This document shows positions 27,189 through 39,399 of a stretch of 64,000 nucleotides of DNA, piece by piece. The translations under genes were made by a program, and so were the position numbers. Location of the stretch: contig JAAOMT010000414.1 in the NCBI GenBank assembly GCA_016748015.1, forward strand, positions 283,834-347,833, read 5' to 3'. Every line of letters starts with the position of its first letter. Within the stretch, counting starts at the first letter, position 1. Source of the DNA: Geosiphon pyriformis uo1. Its lineage: Eukaryota > Fungi > Glomeromycota. A model generated the notes under the pieces. The model was given only the letters and a program-made list of their open reading frames with translations, was not told the origin of the DNA and did not search any database.

Positions 27189-29470
27189 TTTTTTTTATTA
27201 AAGTTTAATAAGCAAGGCCCAACTACTATCTACTACAATATGACCACATAGAATCTTAAAATAGATGTGGCTTATGTATTTTCTATATGTAACCAGCTAC
27301 TTGAGCCAGTTCAGGCTATACTATATTAATTTACTAGAAGAAAACTTACTCAAAGACAACATTTTTTGAACAACAAGAAACAAAGTTGCATTGCAAGAAA
27401 CCAATCCAACCAGTCATTTGGCTGTCTTTAAGGCATTAGCTTTAACATCAATAGCCTCATGTTCCCAAAGGAACATCAAGTTAAAAAACACTTCATCATC
27501 AAACCAACTGAGTGCTCTGAATTACTAAACATATCAATATCCTTTATACAGCACTCTTTTTTTAAAGAAACCATTTCTCTTCCCAACTTACCAACAATTT
27601 TACTAAAAGTACCCAAATGTACTATAACCTCATTGACCTTAAAGCCAAGTTTACTGCTTAAAACCAAATCCCCATTAATAAATTGTTCGAACAATTTGAC
27701 TAAGAAACCAATTGGTTTAACAATAGACTCAATCAAAACAGAAAGCTTGACCAAATCAAACTCCACAAAAGCCAACTGAAAAGACATCACAGAATTACTA
27801 ACAACCATAGAAGGAGAAGTAGGAGTTACCAGAAGAGAAAACTCAGAAGAATTCAAGGAAGCAGAAGCTTTTGCATAAGAAACACTACTCATAAAATGTG
27901 ATTTAAACATCTTGGGAGTCTTGGGAGAGGGAGGTAGAGAAACCTTGCAGTCTACAGCCACATGGCCTATTTCTTGACACCTAAAGCAGTGCTGACAACC
28001 AAGAGTTTCCTACCAAATATAGCATTTTCTTAAGATACCAGTTTTGACAACTGCAAAGTCTAAATCAACTTGGGAACCAAATATAACCAGAGCAAACCAG
28101 AAACAATGACCAGAATCAGGCAAACAAGAAATGAAACAAGTCTGGCCACCAACCTAAGAGAGCATATTACTAATCTCGAAGGCAGTATAGTCAGAAAGGA
28201 GATTGACCAACTTGGCCTTGAACTGATTACAAAACAAAATTGTTTCATTCTAATTAATAAGAGAAAGAATACAAACACTATTTTTGTCCACCAAAATTGA
28301 CCAGTAAGTAAGAGCAAAGGCAGCAGCATCCAATTCTTTAAAATAAACAACCACATATTGCCAAACACTAGCAGGCTTCAGCATAACACAAAAAACTTCA
28401 CCAAAGACCTCAAAAGCTGACTTAATATCAGCAGCAGACACATCCAAAGATACATTATACAATACAACAGTAACAGAAGAAGAACCAGACTCAGAAACCA
28501 CCAAAAACTTGGCAATTTTAAGAGTAGCAAGACAAATAAAGCTTGTAAACTCAACCAGAAATGCAGCATCCAAAGAACTTTGAAAGGCAAACTTAACACA
28601 AAAGAGTTTCATATTGTTCTTAAAAACAGATTTTGCACCCAAAAAACCATGTATAGACTGAAAAGCAGTCTTAATATAAGCCAATTTAATCTTAAAAGTA
28701 GCACCAAACACTAGAGTGGAGACCACTTACCCAGCAAACCTTTGACAACTAGAAATAGTTTCCCAAGCATCACCAGTGACAGCACCAAAAACCAGAGGAG
28801 GAAATGATTCAGTTTCTATTTGATTAGTCCAGTTCTCAAAAACAAGTAACCCAACAGAAAGAGATTGTTTTGCTTCTAAAACTGGCAATGATCTACTGGA
28901 AGACACCACATTTGACAATACAGCCAGTGGTTAATCTAGACCCATTTTAAATGACATGCCGGATAATGCTATAAAGATCTCATTTAAGATTTCATTGGGA
29001 ACCACAAAAGAGTTTGGTGTAATAATAGCAGAAGCAAGCAACTGCTCCCACTTTTCTGAACTTTTGGTGTTTTTGACCATTTTTTTTGAAGAAGTGGTGC
29101 TAGCAGCACCAGGTGTTGAATCCAAGAAGGGGAAAACCAGCTTATTTACTGGTCGATTATTAAAAACTTTTGGGCTCTTAGTTGAAGTAGAGGCAACACT
29201 AGGACTAACTCAAATGTGTCTCTTTGAGAGAACTTTGACTGGTGAGAAACCAGCCAAAGATAAAGAAGTTGCTTTAGTGGTTACCAAAGGCAGCTTTTCA
29301 TGATTACTGGGTAAAGGAAGACTTCTAAAATATTTTGTCTAATTGCTTTTATAACAGAAAGAGCTCCTTTGGTTGAATTTTATTAGATATCTCAAAACAG
29401 ATATCAAGTGCAGCTTTTTACTCTTTGTTCTGGTTATGATCATAAAAATAAGAAGACAAAGAGCTGTTGT
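27189..29470 (-). mobile_element. ORF1-only (HAL1-like) non-autonomous non-LTR element, copy E
   Basis: Poly(T) at 27189-27196, LINE-type 3' UTR, one decayed ORF with RRM and CCHC, and no APE/RT/RNase H sequence. The 5' boundary is approximate. Confidence 0.75.
27321..29443 (-). pseudogene. Divergent ORF1-like protein (~700 codons; RRM + CX2CX4HX4C + helical C-terminus)
   Basis: ATG at 29443; RRM block VVLYNVSLDVSAADIKSAFEVFGEV..WQYVVVYF..WSILVDK; knuckle CFRCQEIGHVAVDC (~27947-27988); TAG at 27323-27321. Several frameshifts and stops. Confidence 0.75.
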
Positions 29471-31657
29471 AATTATTTTATCTTACTTATATATTTATAT
29501 TATCTTAAAATAAAAAAATATTTGAAGCCAAAAATTACTTATATATAATTTATAGATTCTGTGTTTAAACCAAATTAATTATTTTTTTACTTTTATTCCT
29601 AACCAGATGTTTTTAACATAAAAATGTCTTAAATAATAACAGCTTAGATTAATTGTTCTTAATTATGATAATTAATAATACTAATTTTTTTAGTTTTATT
29701 TTATTTTTATTTTTTTTTATTTATTCTTTAATAAAGCAACAACATTAGAAAATTGACTGTTTAAAAATAAACTTTGTAATAGCCTGGTAAAAAAAGAAAG
29801 CTTTTTCTAAGATTGAATATTAATATTATCTTGTTAGCTTATCAAAAGAACAAAAAAACACCACCAGATCTTAATAACTGTACTTGGCTAGTTCAAGATA
29901 GTTCATATACTTAAGTTGCAAATAGCCAAAACATCTTTCTGTGCTTTATAATCAAAGAACTTTATGAGTAAAATTAGCAAAAACTTTTAGAGACTGATAT
30001 TATTAATTTATTTCAAATGTTTATAGTAAAAACTTTCAAACTCTTTTATCTAAAATTAGAACACTAAATGTTACTATCATACTCCAACAAGTTTATCCAT
30101 AATATTTAGTGCTTTTTGTGAAATTATAAAATTCACAGAGACAGAACACTCAATAAATTCACAAAAATAACAACTATTAAGATTGTAGAAAAAAATCACT
30201 TACTTTTTAGAAAAGTCTTATTTTAGCACTTTAGAGAAGATTTAAAAATACTATTAAAAATCATTACCACTAAAAGTAATTTTTGTTATTACTTATATAT
30301 CAAAGTTGACTACTTATTAGACCAAACATTCAATATAAAAAAATTCAAAGAACAAATTTATCAAAAATTACTAATATATTTAACTACAATTATTCCTTAG
30401 ATAATAGCCAAGACTTTTTTTATAATTGATAAAAAAATTAAAGAATACACAAAAAAACAGTACTCTTAAGTAAAAAAAGACAAATATTAAAACCTAATTC
30501 TAAAAAATTTGAGTCAAACTCCAATAATAATAGTATATAAATTACATAAAAAAGAGCTATATTTATAGTTAATAAGAAATTAAAATTTTTTTACTAACAA
30601 CTTCTTCATATTATTAGATTTTTAAAAACAAAATCTTATTCAATTAATCTATTAAGCCACAAATAAAAACTCTAAGAACTTCTGAAAATCTGTATTCTTA
30701 AGACTATAACCAAAATTTTTGAATTAAATTTTTAAAAAAATACAGATCATTGTTTAAAAATTTTATTCCAACAACCAATAAATCCAGCAAAAACACTTTA
30801 TCTTGAGCATAACTGTTAATATTATCTTTAAATAAATTAACCACTATATTTTTAAGTGAAACAGCTATTCTACAACCTATTGGTCATACTAATAAAGAAA
30901 AACAACTAACTACAAACTTAACAAAGCAACCAGATATATCTCCATCAATATTCTTGTTGTCAACAATTAAACAAATTTCTATTATTCAGATTATAGTTTA
31001 CAAAAACATTATCAGACTGAAAAAAATTTTTGATAAAGAAAAAAATACATAGATATTGATTATAAAAGCCAAAAAAGTAATCAAAGCCAATAATTAGAAC
31101 AAAAACAGAACAATTCAAGTCCTACTCTTTTTTTTAACTAAAATTGCAAACATATGATACCAAAGTTTTAAGAAGAAACCAACTAATTTTTTTGCTTTTA
31201 AATTCATTTTTCTACAATATTTCTGTAACTCCAATATACTTATCAGGCTACAAAATCAGTTTAATATAATAAAACAAAAAGATTACAAGCAGTAACCACT
31301 TATTTTGAGTAATTTAATCAAATTTTTTACCAAATTCAGGCAATTAAAAAAAACTATTATACATCAAAACAAATTTTCAACCGATTTATTAAGAGATTAA
31401 AGAGTAATATCTTTTGATTTATTAGACTCTATTATCTTAGTAGCTTACAAAAAACTGTAATACTTGTCTATAACTTTGAATTAGCAAAGCAAAAAGCCAA
31501 TTATACTCAAGTTATTAATTTGGCCATAAACAAAATCTCAAATATCAATACAAAGCTTATCTAATTAAGTAAAAAGTTGATTCAAAAAATTCTGAAACTT
31601 ATCAGCCACTACAACAAAAAAAACAATACCAATAGATATCAACAATTACAAAACCAT

Positions 31658-32485
31658 TGTTACAGTTTAAGAATTTAATAGGAATTATAAATAATATAAA
31701 TTAGCCAATCATAAAATAGCATAGCAACAAGTTATAAAAAAGAAATGATTTACAAATAACAGCAAGCACTATTTTACAATAACAGCAAGCACTATTGTAC
31801 AATAGCAGCAAGCACTATTTCACAATAACAACAAGCACTATTTAGAAATAATAGAAATAGAGTATTACAAAACATTATTTTGTAAAACAATAATTATATA
31901 TATATACAATAGTTTTTAATGATGAAAAATAGAACAAGCTTCAACTAAAAGCAACAAATATCTAAATAAAATCTTATTCAAAAAGAATTAATAAAAAATA
32001 ATAATAATAAATTGAATGAACATCACAATTACGAGATTAACAATAGAATTCACATACCTTCTTTAGTGAATAAAACTATCATTCTATCTCTGAACTCTTT
32101 GAAAAAATAATCCCTGATCAAGATTATTCACATGGTTACTAATTAAATTGAAAAAAAAGCTTTATTATATACTTAGGGAAATTGCAAAAAGGCCATTAAC
32201 ATTCTGTGTTTCTAAATTAGAGAAACACATTAGGCAATTGCAAAAATAGTCTCAGAAAAGACCCCAGACAGTGGATAGATTTCAGATTAGCTTCTGGGAA
32301 GGAATACACAACATACAAAGACAATTAGAATTAAAGAGAAAACTTACATTACAACAACAAAAAAAACCTTTAGTACATCATCATTAATATCCAATACATA
32401 AAATAAAAGAATTCACGAGAGACTGATTGCAATTAAAATGGGAGATTAACAATTAAAATATATCAAGAAAACCACTCCTGTAACA
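31658..32485 (+). repeat. 5' LTR (828 bp)
   Basis: TGTTACAG..CTGTAACA; four copies of a ~21-bp unit (caataacagcaagcactattt) at ~31755-31843. Confidence 0.93.
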
Positions 32486-32969
32486 TTTGGTGAACTCTAC
32501 AAAGAAAGAAAATCAAAAAAAAATAATAATTAGCAATAATTCATTGCTAAAAAGGAAGAAACAAAAGTGGTGACAAAAACCCTTACCCTTACTGTTTTTA
32601 AATTCTGTTGTGCTATTTACACACAAAATCAAAGTGATTTTAGATTACCAGAAAGGTGTTGTCCAGCAAAATTTCCTCTTACTTATTATATCAATGCCAG
32701 AATAAATTACCACATAGGAAAAAAAAACCACATGACACGAAACTTGGATTGTATAGAGAATTATCACAATACACTACAAAGGAAATAGCAGTAATAGCCA
32801 CAACTATTGTGAAAATCCATCACAAAATTGAGCAATACACCAATGAAAATTTTCTAATATCCACAGGAAACATTAGGAAATGTGCCAACAAAGCCAAAAA
32901 AAATTTAGAAACTAATCAAAAAAATCAGCAAAAATTAGAAACATCCGCCCAAATGCCCAAAAAAATGTT

Positions 32970-35900
32970 GTGCAATCAGTAAAGAAACAACACCTTCATT
33001 CGCTAGAAAAAAGATCTTACTATTTTTCCCCAGATAATAAAATTCAACTCCCATTAGGAGCTGTATCATCATCTACATCAACCCCACAAACACCAAAAAC
33101 TCTTAATTACACTGAAAAACTCAAACAACACAATTGGGGAGATATATCAATTACAGGAAGATATTCATCACTATTTCAAAAACCCTTTTTTCAACCAAAA
33201 TTTGGAGTGGAGTTTGAAAACCATGAAGAAGAGTCTGAATCAGAATCCAAAGAAACCAGTGAAAAACCAAGCACAAGACTGGTCATTAGAACAAGCAGCC
33301 AGTCCAGAAACCAAGAAACTTGTAATCAAGAAAAAGAACTGAATATAAGAAAAACCATCTTTAGAGATGCTCAAGAAAATATCATTCCACCTCTTTTTAG
33401 ACCAATAAACCCACCAGCAGGAAACAATGACAAAATGGCCACACTGTATATCATGCGATTAACAGATTTCTCAAGAGAGAAAGAAAAAACAGATGTATAT
33501 ATGTGGCTTAGAGAAGCACAAAAAGCCATCCAGGCAAATAACTGGAATGATCAAAGAGCAATTTAAACATTACCTTTCTTTTTAAAAGAAACTGCTGACT
33601 TGTGGTATCAAAGTTTGGAAACAAAACCCATGAGTTTTGCCCAATTCAAAAACACACTCTTGGAGTATTTCAGTGATCCAAACGCCGTAATCCAACTACA
33701 AAATGAATTCAATACTATCAAACAAGGTACAGGTAAAACTGTCACCCAATACCTTGCTCGATTCAATCAAATTTGCTGTTAGATTGAAGCAATTGAGCAA
33801 GGATACTATATGGATCCTCAGGTTTTAAATCAGTTTATTAGAGGATTAAAAAGCAGCATTTTAGGAAGAGTTCACTCTGTCCACCCTAATTCCTTACCAG
33901 AAGCTATTACGCTTACTAAAGCCCTTGAATCGGCTAAGAAAGAAGCTAATTATAGTCAAATGGTTAACATAATAATAGAGAAAAATAAGACAGAAACATT
34001 AAAAAAAAGAGTAATGCAATTAGGGGAGGAACTCTCTAAGAAAATAGAAAGTTACCTCATCCTAGATCCAAGAAGAAATACATATCAACCACCCCAAAGA
34101 CACAGCCAAGAAGTCAGTGACAGTTGAAATAATTGCTCATTATACCAGGAATTCAGAACAGAAATGTGCACCTGCCATTTTTGCAAATGTATAGGACATT
34201 TAATTAGTCAATGTTGAATGCGAATGATGTAGAAAGCATGTGAAAATAATTATTACGTACCACCCCAAATGCTCAGAAACTAGTACATGCTAATATCACG
34301 CCAATATCCCACCACATATCAAAATCAAAGAACTTACAAGCAACAGCTCATAATAGCCAACCCGAATTGGTGTCCTGAGTCCCAAAATCAGCCCATGTAG
34401 AACCAAAATGCGTTGGTCCAGAGGAATCCAAATCATGCTGGAACCAGTCAGTAAACTAATCCAAACTACCAAAATTATCAACAAACTTACCTTAATATAC
34501 CAGAAAATCTGATCATTGGAAACAATAATGGTAAAAACATAAACAGAACCAAAAATTTCTCCAACAAATTAAGCCAAACAATACCACCAGCAGTTGTCAC
34601 CAAAGATAGCAGCCTCACAGCTATTTTTCCTTTTGAATTAAAGAAAAACAAGGCTATATTCAATGGAGTAGCATTGGACAAAAAATGCCCAATCACTGCT
34701 ATTTATACGGAAGCCACTATAAACAATATCTCAATCAAACTTATCTTAGATAGCAGATCCACTGGAAGCATCATAATGCTTCAACTAGTAAACCAACTGG
34801 GTTTCAAAGTTAATTGTGCTGCGATGTCCCAAATCATAACAGCCAATAGAAATACAAAGCTGCCTCATGGTGAAATTGACTCATTTTCTTTCAAAATTAA
34901 TGGCATAGTAATACCTACAAAAGTATTAGTAATGGATGCTACACAATATCAAGTGTTAATAGGGAATGACTGACTAACAAAAGCCAACACCATTTTAGAC
35001 TGGACCACCCAAGAGCTTCTGATCAATTATAATAGCCACCAGACCAGAATTCCAGTCACTTGTGGCCACTTCCAAAAACCCAGCACCAACCAAAAACCTA
35101 CTTTCAAATTTGAGGAAAATTCAACACTACCAGTCATCAAAACCTATCAGCTCTTTTGGGCTGATGATCAAAGAGCAGGACTACCAGCCGTACTAACGTG
35201 GACCAGTAAAGAAAGATCTGAATGGAACCAGGTAAGTCCACAAAAAAACCACCAATGATGCAGACCAAAGCTAGAATACTCGGTTTGCAAGAAAAAACTC
35301 TCGTCTATAACTGTATGCAGCACACCAAACAAAGACCCAAAAAACTCCACCCATTACTATTGTAACTGTTATAACAAAAAAAAATACAGTTATCCAGAAA
35401 GACATGGAAAATGGGACAAAAAACTGTGTCTCACTTGTGGAAAACTGTTACCAAGAAAGTGTGACTGGAATGACATACCAGGCAGAGGAGGAACATGTGA
35501 CACAACTTGCCAATACATGATCCTTATTTGTGACTGGGTAAGAGGAGGAATGTCATTCAAAGCAGCATTCAACAGAGTGTTAAAAAGACTACAGCACTAC
35601 CCACATAATAAGAACAAGTTGTACAACATCACACAGACCAAAGTAAGAGAAGGAACTGCCGAAGAAATATGATATTAGAAAATGTCAGCCGAAATAGCCA
35701 ATGAAGTTGCCAACTACAACATGTTTAATTCAGTGGACGAATTCCAAGAAAATTATCAACAGCTGTGTCTCACTCACCAAAAACAGGAACAATATCTCAC
35801 CCAGATCAACACTTATCTTTGCAAGGACTGTCTTATTCCATGCCAAAGTCAGCACTATAAAGAGTGTTAATACAAAAAAGACTTAGAAAGAAAAATGAAA

Positions 35901-38267
35901 ATTAAGAATCAGCAGTACCAAAATCAATCAATAAATCAACAAAACTCATCTGATGGTCCCAAGTCAGAAAAAATTTTAGCCTATACTGATCTAGATCAGG
36001 AGATCAGCATCCAGTACTATGACAATGGGCACTTAGGAATAGTACCCAAAAGAGCTCATCCAACTGATGCCAGATTTGATCTATGGTATCTGGAAAACCA
36101 ATCCATGACGTTGCCACCCAGGAGTATTACTAAAATTGACCTAAAAATAGTGGTTGAAATTCTACCAGGAATAATGGTTCAAATAGCATCACAATCAAGC
36201 CTCGTAAAAAAAAGAATAAGTGTTCAAGGAGGAGTAATTGACTCTAAATACACTGGAAATTTGATGGTTTTGCTACAGAACAATTCAAAAAAACCTTATA
36301 TCATTAAATCTAAGGAAAAGATTACACAAGCAATTTTTCTATTATTGGTAAAAATTGGGAAATTTGTGCCAGTGGAAAATCATGAGGAATTGATACAAAC
36401 AATAAAAGGAACTTTTGGTTTCAGATTGACAGGAAAAGGAGTTGAAGCAAATTTTGCTGAAACAATAAAAAAAAAAGGTGAATTAATTAAAACTGAGCAG
36501 TCAATTACACTCATGTCTTATGAAAAATCAGAAATTAAAATAAAAAGAACAATAAAAAATATAAATCTAATATTTGAGCCCCACCCAGAAACTTGCCAAC
36601 AGTTTTCTATAGGACTTACTAATCTTTTTATTCCAGCTGACAAAACACAATGGATAAAAATTCCTATCACAAATACTACAGAAAAGCTCATATATATTCC
36701 AGAAAACACCATTATAGGATACCTTAGAACAAAACTAGAAAATGCGTCAATACCACAAGAAATTCTAAATTTCCTAGAAATTGTTCTCTACTGTGAATTC
36801 ACTTCAATAAATTGGCAACAACCATTGGAATGCTATCAATTTACACCAGAAAAATTGGCCAAATTAAAGATTGCAACAATGGATCCTGACCAACAGTGAC
36901 AATTAAAAGCATTAATTTTAAAATACTTTGATATATTTTCACAAAATGGCAAATTTGGAAGAACCAACTTGGTTTAATACCAAATCTCCACTGGGAACAC
37001 CAGATTTGAAAAACAATGCACTTACCATGTCCCACTAATGGAGCATAATTTTATCAGAGAAGAAGTCCAAAGCATGTTGGAAAAAAAAATAATTCAACCA
37101 TCAATAAGCTCATAGTCCTTACCAGTTGTTTTAGTAAGGAAAAAAAATGGAAAAATTAGATTTTGTGTCAACTATCACAAACTAAACAGCAAAACAACCA
37201 AAAACTCATACCCAATACTGTTAATTAATAAAATTTTCAACGTTTTTGGAGAAGCAAAATGGTTTTCTACACTTGACTTGACCAGTGGATACTGACAAGT
37301 GAAAATAGACCCAAAAGACAGGCATAAAACAGTATTCACAATACAAAATGGCAATTATGAGTTCAATGTAATGCCATTTGGATTGATAAATGCTCCCACA
37401 ACATTCCAAAGACTAATAGATGTAATTTACTCTGGAATTCTGTGGCAATCTGTTGTTGTCTACTTGGACAATACAAATGTTTTCTCACCAAAATTTGCAG
37501 ATCATCTCCAATATTTACAACAAGTTTTTGAGAGATTGAGACACACTGGACTTAAATTAAATTTAGAAAAATGTTTTTTTGGAAAAAATGAGCTAGCATT
37601 TCTAGAACACATAGTTGGAAAAGATGGAATAAAACCAGATTCATTAAAAATAGACAAAGTAAAAAATTTTCCAGTATCTCGAAATGTTTTAGAAGTTAAA
37701 AGCTTTTTAAGACTTGCATCTTACTACTGCCACTTTGTAGAAAACTTTTCAAACATTGCCAAACCTCTTAATTATCTATTATCTAAAAATGTGAAATTTG
37801 AATAGACCAAAACACAGCAAAAAGCTTTTGAGTACCTTAGGCAAAAGCTTATTAAATCACCAATAATGATCTATTTGGATTTCAACAAAAAATTCATTTT
37901 GGCCACAAATGCCTTTGGAACTGGACTTGGAGCCATTTTTTCACAAAAAAATGATAATAGAAGAGAACGTGTAATTGCTTATGCCAGTAGAAGTCTCAGT
38001 ATGACAGAGCAAAACTATGCAGCACACAAATTAGAATGCTTAGCAGTAGTCTGAAGTTGCATTCACTTTGACACATATTTACTCTACAAACCCTTTGATA
38101 TTACCACAGATCATAGAAGTCTGGTCTGGTTAAATAACAAGAAAGCGCTGAAAAAAAAATATGTTAGATGGTCACAAATATTAACACCATACAATTATAT
38201 CATCAAATACAAAGAAGGTGCCAAAAATGCCAATGCTGACTGTTTGTCAAGAATGAAACACATGTAA
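32970..38267 (+). pseudogene. gag-pol remnant: capsid, CCHC (34173-34214), aspartic protease, Cys-rich module, dUTPase, RT, RNase H
   Basis: CHFCKCIGHLISQC; LILDSRSTGS..VLIGND; VMPFGL.NAP.TFQR; YLDN (decayed YLDD); LATNAFG, YASR, KLECLAVV. Most fragments share one reading frame. Confidence 0.9.
36020..36435 (+). pseudogene. dUTPase domain inside the gypsy pol
   Basis: All five trimeric-dUTPase motifs are recognisable: DARFDL, SQSSL, GGVIDSKYTG, KITQAIF, KGTFGFRLTG. Confidence 0.88.
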
Positions 38268-38593
38268 AAATCATGAACTTACCTATCAATTAGAGTAATT
38301 GACAAAGCAACAATTCAACAATTAAAATGTTTTATTAGAAAAACCAACAGTACATTCAATTCAAAAAGCAGTTTATGGAATTTTCAAAGCATTTGAAAAT
38401 TGTCACAAAGTATTACTGGATCCAACCATAAACATAATAACAACCAACAGTATTAGACAACTTACCAACTTAAAATTTCAAAAATTACAATAACAAGTTA
38501 ATAATACAGTATTGGACTACTATAGCAACTTAAAATTCAATAAAGAAATTAACTTTGATTTTGATGGAGCTCAATCTTGAAAGGAGGGGATAA

Positions 38594-39399
38594 TGTTATA
38601 GTTCAAGAATTTAATAGGAATTATAAATAATATAAATTAGCCAATCATGAAATAGCACAGCAACAAGTTATAAAAAAGAAATGATTTACAAATAACAGCA
38701 AGTACTATTTTACAATAGCAGCAAGCACTATCATGCAAAAGCAGCAAGCACTATTTAGAAATAACAGAAATAGAGTATTACAAAACATTATTTTGTAAAA
38801 CAATAATTATATATATATACAATAGTTTTTAATGATGAAAAATAGAACAAGCTTTAACTAGAAGCAACAAATATCTAAATAAAATCTTATTCAAAAAGAA
38901 TTAATAAAAAATAATAATAATAAATTGAATGAACATCACAATTACGAAATTAACAATAAAATTCACATACTTTCTCTAATGAATGAAACTATTATTCTAT
39001 CTTTAAACCCTTTGGAAGAATAATCTCTGATTAAGATTATTCATGTGATTACTAATTAAATTGAAAAAAAAGCTTTATTATATACTTAGGGAAATCACAA
39101 AAAGACTATTAACATTCTGTGTTTCTAGATTAAAGAAACACATCAGGCAATTGTAAAAATAGCCTCAAAAAAGACCTCAGACAGCAGATAGATTTCAGAT
39201 TAGCCTCTGGGAAAGAGTACACAACATACAAAGACAATTAGAATTAAAGAAAAGACTTACATTACAACATCAAGAAAAAACCTTCAGTATATCATCATTA
39301 ATATTCAACACATAAAATAGAGAAACCCACGAGAGACTAATTGCAATTAAAATGGGAGATCAACAATTAAAATATACCAAGAAAACCACTCCTGTAACA
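38594..39399 (+). repeat. 3' LTR (806 bp)
   Basis: TGTTATAG..CTGTAACA; three copies of the 21-bp unit; aligns to 31658..32485. Confidence 0.93.

Larger units (their letters stand above)
31658..39399 (+). mobile_element. Ty3/gypsy LTR retrotransposon with both LTRs and dUTPase, lacking integrase
   Basis: Matched LTRs, degenerate 4-bp TSD CCAT/TTAT, PBS-like TGGTGAACTC at 32488 and PPT AAGGAGGGGA at 38581-38590. Confidence 0.93.

Noticed and set aside
32488-32500. Assigning the primer tRNA for the PBS TGGTGAACTCTAC
   Set aside because: It could be a G>A-decayed TGGTGGA (tRNA-Ala-like), but it cannot be assigned without the host tRNA set.
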